64,000 bases of DNA from positions 352,001 to 416,000 of the forward strand of contig CBDCFN010000015.1 of NCBI GenBank assembly GCA_965216315.1. The letters run 5' to 3'. Positions 1 to 9,334 of the stretch are shown here, in pieces. Numbering within the stretch: position 1 is the stretch's first letter; each line of letters starts with the position of its first letter. Made by a program: the position numbers and the translations under genes. The notes beneath the pieces were generated by a model that was given only the letters and a program-made list of their open reading frames with translations, had not been told where the DNA came from and did not search any database. The DNA comes from a bacterium. GTDB taxonomy: Bacteria > UBA10199 > 2-02-FULL-50-16 > JAJFLM01.

Positions 1-67
1 GCTGGGCCAATGTCTCACTCTGCCAGCTCAAGTTGGGCCAGCAGGCTCTTTGCCATACATAGGTCAT
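1..67 (-). CDS. 5' end of a Fic-family protein (DUF4172-type N-terminus), runs off the window
   Basis: Manual translation from ATG at 67: MTYVWQRACWPNLSWQSETLAQ, matching the W-Q-x3-W-P-x-F/L-x-W start of DUF4172-Fic proteins; not in the ORF track. Confidence 0.6.
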   Translation of the reverse strand, partial: MTYVWQRACWPNLSWQSETLAQ

Positions 68-163
68 GACGTCTCAGCTGTAACATAAGCGCTTCACATT
101 ATGAAGCGATTAATGCCCATAAACGCTTCATCACGACAACGAATTTATGCAAGGTTTAGTTAA

Positions 164-189
164 CAACTATGCGAAATTTTAGTCGATAA
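164..189 (+). promoter_or_regulatory. sigma28-like promoter motif copy 1 (CAAC-N14-GTCGATAA)
   Basis: CAAC 164-167, 14-nt spacer, GTCGATAA 182-189; same geometry at 8 other sites. Confidence 0.6.
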
Positions 190-244
190 GGCCTGTGCTT
201 GCCGATTCTTTCACTTGTCGTGGGGACAAGCGGAGGAAATTTGC

Positions 245-1192
245 ATGTCTTTATTTACCAGTAGTGTTTCCCTGAATGCAATGGCGCTGGCCAGTGCGTC
301 ATCGGCCGTTCCGCTGCTGGAGAGTCCTGCTATCGGATCTTTCCTCGATGCCTTTGCGGCCTCGCCCGCAACGGGCCAGCTGATCGTGCCGCGGGTCACC
401 GCGGATCCGAGCCGCGCCAGCGGATTTCACGTTGAAGCGACACCGCTGACGGGGCGCAATGGGGCGCGCACGGTACGACTCATTCAAGAGCTGGCGGCAG
501 GCTTGCCCGAGGCTGATTTTCCGTTCGGTCGGCCTGCGTTGTCACCCGCGAGTGGGGATTGGGAGCTGGCATATCGGAAGTTGGAAGGACGCTGCACGCT
601 CTTCTTTCAAGCACCTGGTCGCCGCATCGATCTGTGCTATCGCCCGAACGAGCCCTTGGCACGCGCGGTCGTTGTCTACGGTGGTGAGACCGCCAATGTC
701 CGGCAGACCGTGACGATTCAAGGGGCCAACTTCGCGGATATCGTTTTTAACAGCTATACCTTTGAAATTCGCTCTGTGCTGGTTGAAGGCCTGCGCACCT
801 ATCTCGGTCTGCCGACCAATACTCCCCTCGAAGCCGTTGCGCATAGGCTTCCCGTGGCCCTCGATTTTACGGAACAAGTGGAACCGAGTGAGAATCCCCT
901 GCATGAACCGGAGGAAGGGCTCCTGGAACTTGAGAGCCGCAGGGCGGGCCAAATTTTAACGCTGCGAGCCGGTCTCAATCCGGCGGACTTAATGTATTCA
1001 GACTATTCAGAAGAAGTCGGCCTTTGGCTCTACCCTGAAACGGAGACGGGTAAGCGCTTGACTCCCGCCCAACTCCAATTCTGGAACTGGGTCGCGTCCC
1101 AAGTCGAGCCCAGCGAAGAGGACGTTGCCGCCTACCGGGAACGCACCCGGGCGCGTTATCAAACGATTGCCGGCAATGGTGTCGATGCCTAA
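245..1192 (+). CDS. Orphan hypothetical protein with S/A-rich N-terminal leader
   Basis: Long ORF; first ATG at 245 (MSLFTSSVSLNAMALASASS); no recognised domain. Confidence 0.7.
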   Translation: MSLFTSSVSLNAMALASASSAVPLLESPAIGSFLDAFAASPATGQLIVPRVTADPSRASGFHVEATPLTGRNGARTVRLIQELAAGLPEADFPFGRPALSPASGDWELAYRKLEGRCTLFFQAPGRRIDLCYRPNEPLARAVVVYGGETANVRQTVTIQGANFADIVFNSYTFEIRSVLVEGLRTYLGLPTNTPLEAVAHRLPVALDFTEQVEPSENPLHEPEEGLLELESRRAGQILTLRAGLNPADLMYSDYSEEVGLWLYPETETGKRLTPAQLQFWNWVASQVEPSEEDVAAYRERTRARYQTIAGNGVDA

Positions 1193-1214
1193 AAGCTGCC
1201 AATTCGGGGCCGCG

Positions 1215-1589
1215 TCAAAAGGGCATGACGACTTGGGCATCCGTCTTACGCAAATTCCGGTCCAGAGTTAGCAGGGGGACGTCTTCGACCTTGGACAGGG
1301 CATAGGCAAAACAGTCTCCCAGATTGATGGAAAAGCGGAGTCGGGCCTGGGCCGCGATCGCGGCCAGTTCATTGGTCGGTGCGACGAAGCGAATACCTGA
1401 CGTCATTAATTCGTCTTTGAGTTTGGGAAAAAGTTGAGGCTGGTGATCTTCCAACAGGATGAGGAGCTCCGTTAAATTGATCAGGCTCATTCGCAGTAGC
1501 CCTCGGTTTTCTTCCATGAGGTTTGTCACCCAGGGCCCTTGTTCCTCCTTGAAAAATACGGCCATCAGGGCTGAAGTATCAATCACCAT
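1215..1589 (-). CDS. vapC: VapC-family PIN-domain toxin
   Basis: MVIDTSAL start, NLGDCFAYAL and LLTLD motifs; 124 aa. Confidence 0.92.
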   Translation of the reverse strand: MVIDTSALMAVFFKEEQGPWVTNLMEENRGLLRMSLINLTELLILLEDHQPQLFPKLKDELMTSGIRFVAPTNELAAIAAQARLRFSINLGDCFAYALSKVEDVPLLTLDRNLRKTDAQVVMPF

Positions 1590-1591
1590 GG

Positions 1592-1828
1592 TTAGGTCCA
1601 GAGATCATTATCATCGTTAAAGCGGGGCGTTTTGCTGCGTGGGGCGGCGTTGGCGAGCCCTAACCATTCATTAAAGTCACGCCCCTGTGCCGCCGCGAGG
1701 GCGTGTTCGGTGGCTTCGCGAACGGCCTTACGAATGGCCTCAGACTTTTGCCGAATGCCCGTGTGTTTCATATATTGGGCGAGATCCTTCGAAAATTCAG
1801 CGGTTACGTTGAGATTGAGCTGCGACAT
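1592..1828 (-). CDS. vapB: Antitoxin of the VapBC pair (ribbon-helix-helix-like)
   Basis: 78 aa directly upstream of vapC; KSEAIRKAVRE helix pattern. Confidence 0.75.
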   Translation of the reverse strand: MSQLNLNVTAEFSKDLAQYMKHTGIRQKSEAIRKAVREATEHALAAAQGRDFNEWLGLANAAPRSKTPRFNDDNDLWT

Positions 1829-1933
1829 GCATATATGTATATCATCTGTACATCAAGCAGGTCAAGACATACCCGCATGGGCCGTTTTTGAGTAAGTCCT
1901 TATAATAATTAGATAAACCACATTAGGAGTGAC

Positions 1934-3178
1934 TTGGCCGTCGCTTCGCGCCAAGCTGCGCTAGTGATGAGCTATTTACGGCAGCAGCATTGGATTGCGA
2001 TTGTCTGGTTAAGCCTCTGTCTCGGCTGTACGCGCTGTGCCGCGCCACCATCGGGGGCCCAGAGGTTTCAATTTACTCCCGTCGGTTCACCGTTCCCCTC
2101 GACAGACCTCATCGACCTTGAATTTCTCCCCGGCCAGGAGGGGGCGGCGATCGTCTTGGGCAAGGGCGGGACGATCTATTTCATGACCGCCGCGTTTGCG
2201 CCGCTAAGCCAGACGGCCCAGGTCGCAGTTGCAGGGACGGGAGAGCAGGGATTGTTAAAGGTTGTCGCCGATCCCGCCTACGCACAGAATCACTTCATTT
2301 ATCTCTACCTGACCGCCCCGGGGGGCGGTCAGAATCAGGTCGATCGCTTCACGGTGCAGGTTGATAGCGGGGCCGGGAGCTTTGGACTGACAGATCGCCA
2401 GCGTATCATTGAGTTTCCCAAGTCCGATTCCCCCAGCCCGGGCAGCAACCATAACGGCGGTGGGCTCGCCTTTGACAGTGCGGGGCGTCTCTTGATCGGG
2501 GTCGGGGACGGGGGAGGGAGCGGTTCGGCGGACCCGGCGGCTGAGATTGGCCAAGACCCCTCGACGCGCCTGGGAAAGATTCTGCGCGTCAATCCCAATC
2601 GAACTCCCGGTGAGGGTGGTTTTACGCTCCCCAGTGAAGGCAACAGTGGTCCGGTCGATACCTTCCCGGAGATCTTTGCCTTAGGCCTACGCAATCCCTT
2701 TACCTTGGTGGCGCGGGAAGTAGCTGCTTTTATTGGGGATGTAGGGGCAAGCGGCTTTGAAGAGATCAACCTGGCGGATACGGCCGGGCTCAATTTTGGC
2801 TGGCCCTTCGCCGAGGGTCCCGCGGACAACCCCATGTACCAGGACCCGATTCACGGCTACGCCCACGGCGACACGCGCTTTAATGCGGAAGATCCCGAGG
2901 GGAGTGCGACGGCCGTGACCCCCAAGTCGATCATGCTCGGGACCTTCTATTCGGGGCCCCGCTATGACGAGGCGCTCGATAATCGCCTGATCTACGCGGA
3001 GTTCTACGCCGGCTGGGTCCGTGGTCTCGAGTTGGATTCCAATAATAAGGTCCTCAGTGATCGCCATCTGACTCATCTCGCGGGCATGACGGCACTGAAA
3101 CAAGGTCCGGATGGTTTTCTCTACGCCGTCTCGCTGTTTCAATCCGATCGCCTGCTCAAATTAGAATTGGTCGACTAA
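1934..3178 (+). CDS. PQQ-dependent sugar (glucose/sorbosone) dehydrogenase family protein, exported
   Basis: GEQGLL, NHNGG, GVGDGG, LGKILR, GLRNPF, EEIN, NFGWP motifs; hydrophobic N-terminus; start uncertain (1934 or 1967). Confidence 0.88.
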   Translation: MAVASRQAALVMSYLRQQHWIAIVWLSLCLGCTRCAAPPSGAQRFQFTPVGSPFPSTDLIDLEFLPGQEGAAIVLGKGGTIYFMTAAFAPLSQTAQVAVAGTGEQGLLKVVADPAYAQNHFIYLYLTAPGGGQNQVDRFTVQVDSGAGSFGLTDRQRIIEFPKSDSPSPGSNHNGGGLAFDSAGRLLIGVGDGGGSGSADPAAEIGQDPSTRLGKILRVNPNRTPGEGGFTLPSEGNSGPVDTFPEIFALGLRNPFTLVAREVAAFIGDVGASGFEEINLADTAGLNFGWPFAEGPADNPMYQDPIHGYAHGDTRFNAEDPEGSATAVTPKSIMLGTFYSGPRYDEALDNRLIYAEFYAGWVRGLELDSNNKVLSDRHLTHLAGMTALKQGPDGFLYAVSLFQSDRLLKLELVD

Positions 3179-3231
3179 AGTTCCCGTCGGTCTCTTGATC
3201 CGCGCCTGAGCAAGCGCTATACAGAGATGAC

Positions 3232-5121
3232 ATGCAAACACCGCACTATGACATCATCGTGATTGGCGGCGGGCACTCCGGCTGCGAGGCCGCCTTGGCG
3301 GCGGCCCGTATGGGGGCGTCGGTGGCGCTGATCACGTCCAACCATGAGAACATCGCGCAGATGTCCTGCAATCCCGCGATTGGTGGGGTCGGCAAGGGGC
3401 ATCTGGTCCGGGAGATCGATGCCTTGGGGGGCGAGATGGGGCGGGTCGCCGATGCGACGGGGATTCAGTTCCGGCGCTTGAATACCAAGAAGGGGCCGGC
3501 GGTCCAAGGGACGCGTTGTCAGTCGGATATGATCGCGTATAAACGCAAGATGCAGGAGGTACTTGAAGGCCAGGAAAACCTCGCGATTATTCCCACCATG
3601 GTCGATGAAATTTTGACGGCGGGGCAAGCTGACCTCGCCCCGGAGGCTTTTGTCACCGGAGTGGTGACCGAGCATGGGGAGAAGCTTTCTTGTGGTGCCC
3701 TGATCATTACGACGGGGACCTTTTTGAATGGTCGCATCCATATTGGCCACGACAACTGGTCGGCCGGACGGCGCGGGGACAGGGCGGCGACGCGGCTATC
3801 GCAGAGCCTGGCGGCATTTGGGCTCAAACTCGGGCGGCTTAAGACGGGAACCTGTCCGCGCCTTGACGCACGGACGATTGATTTTGACGCACTCATCGCC
3901 CAGCCGGGCGATACGCCCCGGCCGCATTTTTCTTTTGACGAGGTTCCCAATGAAATGGAGCAGGTTTCCTGTTATCTGACGCGGACGACCCCCGCAACCC
4001 ATGAGGTGATACGCCGCAACCTCAAGCGCTCCGCCCTCTTTGGCGGGAATATCGAGAGTCGGGGGCCGCGTTACTGCCCGTCGATCGAGGACAAGATCGT
4101 TAAATTTCCGGAAAAGGGACAGCACCAGATTTTCTTGGAGCCCGAGGGCTTGACCGTCGAAGAATGGTACCCCAATGGGCTCTCGACCTCGTTGCCGGAG
4201 GACGTCCAACGGGAGTTTTTGCGGACCATGCCGGGACTCAGTCGCGTCGCCATTGCCCGGCCGGGTTACGCGATTGAGTATGACTACGTCCCGCCGACCC
4301 AGTTGACGCCGAGCCTCGAAACGAAGGCCGTCCGGGGCCTGTTTTTGGCGGGCCAGATCAATGGAACGACCGGCTACGAGGAGGCCGCTGCGCAGGGGCT
4401 GATGGCGGGGATCAATGCCGTGCTCCAATTGCGGGACGCCGAGCCGTTCGTCTTGGATCGTTCCCAGGCCTACATCGGTTTGATGATCGACGACCTGGTC
4501 ACGCGTGGGGTCGAAGTGGCCGGTCACGATGAGCCCTATCGCATGTTTACGTCGCGTGCCGAGTATCGCTTGCTGCTGCGGGAAGACAATGCGGACCTGC
4601 GGCTCACGGAGTTGGGGCGACAGCTGGGACTGATTTCCGAGGCCCGCTATGCGCGTTTTCAGGCCAAGTGCGGGGAGATCGAACGCCTCAATGGACAGTT
4701 AGCGGCGCATTCCCTGCAGCCGACACGGGAAATTCAGGCCCAATTAGCGGAATTAGGGAGTTCTCCGATTGAAGGCAAATATGATTTGGCCACCCTCTTG
4801 CGTCGGCCGGAGCTATCTATTAAGAAGCTGATGAAAGTAGCGGGTTTGGACTGTCGATACAGTGATGACGTGGAGCAACAAGTGACGATTCAACACCGTT
4901 ATGCCGGGTATATTGCCCGGCAAGAGCTGGAAATTGAGCGTTTTAAAAAGCTCGAAGGCCGGCGGATCCCGGAGGCGTTTCAGTATGAAGGCCTCGCCGG
5001 GCTTCGCCCCGAGATTATTGAGAAACTAAAAAGGGTTCGACCCCGCACCCTCGGTCAGGCGTCGCGCATCAGTGGGATGACGCCTGGCGCGATGTCGGTC
5101 CTGTTAATACATTTGAGGTAA
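3232..5121 (+). CDS. mnmG: tRNA uridine 5-carboxymethylaminomethyl modification enzyme MnmG (GidA)
   Basis: GGGHSGCEAA, MSCNPAIGG, GPRYCPSIEDK, GQINGTTGYEEAAAQG, PYRMFTSRAEYRL. Confidence 0.98.
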   Translation: MQTPHYDIIVIGGGHSGCEAALAAARMGASVALITSNHENIAQMSCNPAIGGVGKGHLVREIDALGGEMGRVADATGIQFRRLNTKKGPAVQGTRCQSDMIAYKRKMQEVLEGQENLAIIPTMVDEILTAGQADLAPEAFVTGVVTEHGEKLSCGALIITTGTFLNGRIHIGHDNWSAGRRGDRAATRLSQSLAAFGLKLGRLKTGTCPRLDARTIDFDALIAQPGDTPRPHFSFDEVPNEMEQVSCYLTRTTPATHEVIRRNLKRSALFGGNIESRGPRYCPSIEDKIVKFPEKGQHQIFLEPEGLTVEEWYPNGLSTSLPEDVQREFLRTMPGLSRVAIARPGYAIEYDYVPPTQLTPSLETKAVRGLFLAGQINGTTGYEEAAAQGLMAGINAVLQLRDAEPFVLDRSQAYIGLMIDDLVTRGVEVAGHDEPYRMFTSRAEYRLLLREDNADLRLTELGRQLGLISEARYARFQAKCGEIERLNGQLAAHSLQPTREIQAQLAELGSSPIEGKYDLATLLRRPELSIKKLMKVAGLDCRYSDDVEQQVTIQHRYAGYIARQELEIERFKKLEGRRIPEAFQYEGLAGLRPEIIEKLKRVRPRTLGQASRISGMTPGAMSVLLIHLR

Positions 5122-5126
5122 ACCGT

Positions 5127-5840
5127 ATGTCTTTCCCGGATGAACTGATCGATAAATTTAAGCAGGGGCTGGAGTCGATGGAGATTCAGGTAGAAGACTC
5201 CGTTGTTGAAAAGACGACGGCCTATCTGGACATGCTCCTGACCCGCACGAAAAAGGTTAATTTGACCGGCATCCGCGATCCGGAAGAAGCGATCGAGAAA
5301 CATCTGCTCGATTCGCTGGCACTACTCCCCATCATCGATCGACTCCCGATCACCAATGATACCAGTACAAACGGGCGGGGTGCCGCCGCGTCGGTTTCCA
5401 AAGGCGCGTTGATGGATATCGGAACGGGTGGGGGCGTGCCGGGGATTCCTATTAAATGTGCGCGGCCGGACATCCGCGTCTCGCTGGTCGAGGCGAAGGC
5501 AAAAAAGGTCCGTTTTCTTAAAGACGCGATTCAGAAGCTGGGCATTAAGGGGGTGCGGGCCTACCACCATTTTCTGGATCCGGAGTGTCCGGTCGATTTC
5601 TTGGGTCGTTATGACTGGATCGTCAGTCGGGCCAGTCTTTCCATCGTTGAGTTTGTGCGCTCGGCCATCCTGTACAAGAAAGAAGAAGGTTCCTTGCTCC
5701 TCATGAAGGGCCCCAACGTCGATGAAGAACTCGAGCAGGCCGCCGGCCAGATCCAACGCCTCGGTCTCAACATCGATCAAAGAATCGAGTTCGAGCTACC
5801 CTTCAGTGGCGCCGGCCGCTCGATCATTATCCTTCGATAA
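5127..5840 (+). CDS. rsmG: 16S rRNA m7G527 methyltransferase RsmG (GidB)
   Basis: NLT, KHLLDS, DIGTGGGVPGIP, SRA, MKG motifs; follows mnmG. Confidence 0.96.
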   Translation: MSFPDELIDKFKQGLESMEIQVEDSVVEKTTAYLDMLLTRTKKVNLTGIRDPEEAIEKHLLDSLALLPIIDRLPITNDTSTNGRGAAASVSKGALMDIGTGGGVPGIPIKCARPDIRVSLVEAKAKKVRFLKDAIQKLGIKGVRAYHHFLDPECPVDFLGRYDWIVSRASLSIVEFVRSAILYKKEEGSLLLMKGPNVDEELEQAAGQIQRLGLNIDQRIEFELPFSGAGRSIIILR

Positions 5841-6027
5841 AGGGCCTGCCCTCCGAAGCTTTAGCGAAGGAGGGGGATAACTCCCACCAAATCGAGGTAA
5901 AAACTCCGCACTCACGGATATATATTCGACCAAGTTCGGTGGATCGCTCGATAGAGCCACCAAAAATAATTCAATAATTACAATAAGTTATATCGATTCG
6001 TCAGATTTTGATAGAAATTTAAGCAGT

Positions 6028-6043
6028 CGGCACGCGCCTTGCA
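6028..6043 (+). promoter_or_regulatory. sigma54 (-24/-12) promoter
   Basis: CGGCACGCGCCTTGCA, i.e. GG-N10-GC; AT-rich IHF-like stretch about 50-60 bp upstream. Confidence 0.65.
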
Positions 6044-6053
6044 TTTACTTGAA

Positions 6054-6123
6054 GACAGATTCCCTCTCAAACCCCTAGACCCACTAAAGGCGTCTCCGTT
6101 CTCGCGGAGGCGCCTTTATTTTT
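6054..6123 (+). ncRNA. Candidate sigma54-dependent small RNA (~70 nt)
   Basis: Lies between a sigma54 site and an intrinsic terminator with no ORF; CU-rich 5' part. Confidence 0.45.
6085..6123 (+). terminator. Intrinsic terminator
   Basis: Stem TAAAGGCGTCTCCG / CGGAGGCGCCTTTA followed by TTTTT. Confidence 0.85.
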
Positions 6124-6135
6124 GTGGCGTTTCAA

Positions 6136-6954
6136 TCAGGCGCGTCCGACGGGCTTTTCACTAATGGCAAGCTGGTCAGGCTCTTTGATGAGATAGGCCT
6201 CCGGGATGGGGACATAACCATTCGCGAAACCATGTTCCTCTCCCATCTTGATGAGTTGGCTGGCATCTCGGTGCAAGAGCAGCGCGCCGACGATGCCAAA
6301 ACCAAGTTGGGCTGGGGTGTGATCGATCCAGACGCCTTGTTGTGAGTTGAGCCAGCGGACACTCATGTCGTGCCAAGTGGAGAGCCCCATGATCGTACCG
6401 AGACCGTAGCCAAAGTAGCAGCGCAGACTCTGGCTGTGGCGCATGTCGTCCTCGATGGACCACTGCAGCTTGTAATAAGGGCGGCAGGGAGCCAAGGGAT
6501 CTTGAGTCTCCATCTCGTGGGTGCTGAAGCGGTGCATAGTCGCCAGGTAGTGTTGTTCATGGCGTTGGCCGTGGTAGACGAGGCTCGCACTGCGGTACAT
6601 TAGCGAGAGGACGTCCCGCATAAAATCAGAACGGGCCGCTCGAATCCAAGTATTCAGCTGGGCCAGCATGTCGCCGAGCTGTAGATAGACTGTCGTCCCC
6701 TTTGGAGGGGTATTGAGCAAGAACACCTGAGAGCAGGGGTGATCGCCCCCCAAGGGACTCCGCACACACGGGTGCCAGGGGCTGCGGGCGATGAGAAGGC
6801 TCAGTTGGTCGCGCAGAGTTCGCGCCACGTCGAGGATGGCTCGATAATTATCGGGGAGATGGAGGGGGGAACGACCCCATGGGACCACGTTGATGGCCTG
6901 GGCGCCAGCGAGCACGGTCGTCGCCTGAAATGCCATTCCTCCTAACAACACCAT
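6136..6954 (-). CDS. Orphan hypothetical protein, paralog of 8504..9310
   Basis: 272-aa ORF; shares QATTVLA N-terminus and Y-x2-W, GFG(I/L) and G(Y/F) C-terminal motifs with 8504..9310. Confidence 0.72.
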   Translation of the reverse strand: MVLLGGMAFQATTVLAGAQAINVVPWGRSPLHLPDNYRAILDVARTLRDQLSLLIARSPWHPCVRSPLGGDHPCSQVFLLNTPPKGTTVYLQLGDMLAQLNTWIRAARSDFMRDVLSLMYRSASLVYHGQRHEQHYLATMHRFSTHEMETQDPLAPCRPYYKLQWSIEDDMRHSQSLRCYFGYGLGTIMGLSTWHDMSVRWLNSQQGVWIDHTPAQLGFGIVGALLLHRDASQLIKMGEEHGFANGYVPIPEAYLIKEPDQLAISEKPVGRA

Positions 6955-6962
6955 AGCGACGC

Positions 6963-6988
6963 TGATCGGATGAAAGCCCGAAAAGTTG
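6963..6988 (-). promoter_or_regulatory. sigma28-like promoter motif copy 2 (CAAC-N14-TCCGATCA)
   Basis: 8 nt upstream of ATG 6954. Confidence 0.6.
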
Positions 6989-7012
6989 TGGCCACGTTTT
7001 CAGTCGGCGGAA

Positions 7013-7028
7013 TGTTCCACGTGGAACA
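7013..7028. promoter_or_regulatory. parS: parS centromere site
   Basis: Perfect palindrome TGTTCCACGTGGAACA near parAB. Confidence 0.93.
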
Positions 7029-7287
7029 TTCGTGGGTATACGCGCATTCATGTGCGCCGGGGCCTGGTTCTTCGCAGACCTTGGGCTGCGTCTCTAAAAG
7101 CAGACGTTCCCAAGGCAGCTCGAACCTGCCTTGCCGGTAGGCAGGCCACCCGGCGTCAAATCGATTCATTTTGGAGCGGGTGGCGCGAGGAGTCGTTTTA
7201 TTGTGACGCCCTCGGCACAAGAAAATGACTCCGTAGGCGACAGGACCCGCTAAGTTGAGAGTGAGGGAAGATGGGCCCCTATATGGA

Positions 7288-7313
7288 CAACTTTTCGCCC
7301 TTTAGGCCGAAAA
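7288..7313 (+). promoter_or_regulatory. sigma28-like promoter motif copy 3 (CAAC-N14-GCCGAAAA)
   Basis: 9 nt upstream of ATG 7323. Confidence 0.65.
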
Positions 7314-7322
7314 GGGCCCGCC

Positions 7323-8405
7323 ATGAGCTATCAAGGTGCCATCCTCTCAACCAGTCGAACCGCGGCGATCATGAACAGTTTTGTCGCTATGCCCCTGAGT
7401 GGCTCTGTCGGGGTGCCCGCGGCCCTTGCCGGGGGGACAGGCTTGAATGGAGTGATGCTGACGGATCAAAACGCGGCCGCCCTGGTCCAGTCGGTCGACA
7501 GCATGACTGCCGAGTCACGCCACCTGGAGGCGCTCCATGATGCCTGGGCACTGCCTCAGAACACGGCTCTTCTCGGCACAACTAATGATTGGTCGATTAG
7601 CGCCTTTCCCGTCCGCGAGTTTCAGTCATTTGATGATATCGATATCGGAGAGAGCCCCGAAGGACTCATTCTGCACGGTCCCCATAACCGGCGTGTCCGA
7701 CTCAATCTACTTAAAGAAGGCCTGGAGGTGAGCCTGGGGCTCAACGGTTCGATCGGGAAGGCCATCCAGACGGTTTTTATTGATTCGGCTCATCGGGTCT
7801 GGACGAGCAGTTATCATCTGGATTTCATGGGGCAAGCGGTCCAAGGCCTCCGCCATTATCTGCAGATTGACGGCGATGCTCCCCTCGCGGCAGTTGCCGT
7901 CTCACTGGTCGAGCAGATCGTCGCCTCTCAACAATTCGCGGGTGTCTCACTCGGTGAAATGACTCCAGGCCCGGCTGAAAACCCGAGCTCGGTTGCGCTC
8001 AGTTCAGAGGCGTGCGTGATTACCAATGGGCGCAGGGAGCATCCCGAGCCGGCCATAGAAATTACGGGCGAGGAGGGCGCCAATGGCTTTTTGACCTTAA
8101 CGATGAGGTGGGATGTCCGGCGCCCGACAGCTAAATCCGAACAGCGCCTGGTACCGCTGTCTCCAGCCGGCTTTAAACTCTGGCGGGGCGCTTCCCTGTG
8201 GGCACTCCACGAGCCGACGCTACAGGAGCAGGTGCAAGCGATTGTGGGCGACCAGATACACAGCCAAGTTATCGAACAAGTGGACCGGGTCGCTCGAGAA
8301 ATGCACAGGAGCATGCACAAGGAGCTTGCAGTGGATATTCGGGAGATTGCCGAGCAAATTATCCAGCGTGCGCTGGCGCCCAATGTGGGCAAAACAGAAT
8401 CCTAA
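7323..8405 (+). CDS. Orphan hypothetical protein with S/A/G-rich leader
   Basis: 360-aa ORF; possible weak similarity to 245..1192 (QGLRHYLQI..PLAAVA vs EGLRTYLGL..PLEAVA). Confidence 0.72.
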   Translation: MSYQGAILSTSRTAAIMNSFVAMPLSGSVGVPAALAGGTGLNGVMLTDQNAAALVQSVDSMTAESRHLEALHDAWALPQNTALLGTTNDWSISAFPVREFQSFDDIDIGESPEGLILHGPHNRRVRLNLLKEGLEVSLGLNGSIGKAIQTVFIDSAHRVWTSSYHLDFMGQAVQGLRHYLQIDGDAPLAAVAVSLVEQIVASQQFAGVSLGEMTPGPAENPSSVALSSEACVITNGRREHPEPAIEITGEEGANGFLTLTMRWDVRRPTAKSEQRLVPLSPAGFKLWRGASLWALHEPTLQEQVQAIVGDQIHSQVIEQVDRVAREMHRSMHKELAVDIREIAEQIIQRALAPNVGKTES

Positions 8406-8427
8406 AATTTGCGTTCACATCGCATAA

Positions 8428-8443
8428 TGTTCCACGTGGAACA
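8428..8443. promoter_or_regulatory. parS: parS centromere site
   Basis: TGTTCCACGTGGAACA. Confidence 0.93.
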
Positions 8444-8467
8444 TTGCGCCGACTGAAAACGTGGCCA

Positions 8468-8493
8468 CAACTTTTCGAGGCGTTGACCGATCA
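8468..8493 (+). promoter_or_regulatory. sigma28-like promoter motif copy 4 (CAAC-N14-ACCGATCA)
   Basis: 10 nt upstream of ATG 8504. Confidence 0.6.
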
Positions 8494-8503
8494 GGGCAGC
8501 GTC

Positions 8504-9310
8504 ATGGTGTGGGTGGTGCAAACAGCAATGCAGGCGACGACAGTGCTCGCCAATGCGGCCGGAGCCGCGACGGTGATCAGCCCGCTGGCGCATGTGCCCC
8601 TGCAGGTACTCGATGAGGCCACGGAATCGTTGGCCGAGTCCGCCTTTAGCCTGACAAAACAACTCTCCTGTGAACTGAGCTATTGCGTGACCCAAACGGC
8701 CTGGGAGCCGGTGCCTCAAGCCGATTTTTCCCGTGCCCACAGTCGAGAGCTGGCACTGACGGGTGAAAGCCTCCATACGGGCAAACGCCGAAATGAGATC
8801 TTTTCCATCGGCCAGTACGCACGGCACCTGAGGCTTGACTGCTCGGATTCATTCATTGCAAATTGCCTCGGTCTGTTGGAGGCGAGCGCGCAACATTTGC
8901 TTCAGCTCGAGCGTTCGGACGCCGTATCGTTGGCGACTATTCTCCGGCGGCGGCTTCCCGATGCTCCAGAGCAAGCCATCCGCAGGGGGCCCGTTGATTT
9001 CTATGTCTTTAAGTGGGTGGATCAAGATAGTCCGCTGATCCTGGCGATCAAGGCCTTTATTGGGCTCAATATGGGCGAGCTGTGGCTCACGGAAGAGTGG
9101 CGCCTGATTAGGCAACGGCGTGAGGCTGTCCTGTTGGCGGATGCGGATCGCGACGTCGGTTTTGGCCTTTATGCGGGGCTGGGACTCTGGCTTGATCACC
9201 CGCAGTATTTGGACTTGTTAAGCGAACCAATGGCACATAGGTCTGGGTTCATCACCCCGCGGAAAGACAGTCTCCAGTTCAATGGGGATTCGTTTACCCT
9301 CACTAAATAA
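8504..9310 (+). CDS. Orphan hypothetical protein, paralog of 6136..6954
   Basis: Start set at ATG 8504 (MVWVVQTAMQATTVLA) by alignment with the paralog and promoter position. Confidence 0.72.
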   Translation: MVWVVQTAMQATTVLANAAGAATVISPLAHVPLQVLDEATESLAESAFSLTKQLSCELSYCVTQTAWEPVPQADFSRAHSRELALTGESLHTGKRRNEIFSIGQYARHLRLDCSDSFIANCLGLLEASAQHLLQLERSDAVSLATILRRRLPDAPEQAIRRGPVDFYVFKWVDQDSPLILAIKAFIGLNMGELWLTEEWRLIRQRREAVLLADADRDVGFGLYAGLGLWLDHPQYLDLLSEPMAHRSGFITPRKDSLQFNGDSFTLTK

Positions 9311-9318
9311 CGGTCGCA

Positions 9319-9334
9319 TGTTCCACGTGGAACA
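9319..9334. promoter_or_regulatory. parS: parS centromere site
   Basis: TGTTCCACGTGGAACA. Confidence 0.93.

Noticed and set aside
8198..8503. N-terminal extension of the 370-aa ORF in the track
   Set aside because: Overlaps the previous gene and runs through parS; paralog and promoter support ATG 8504
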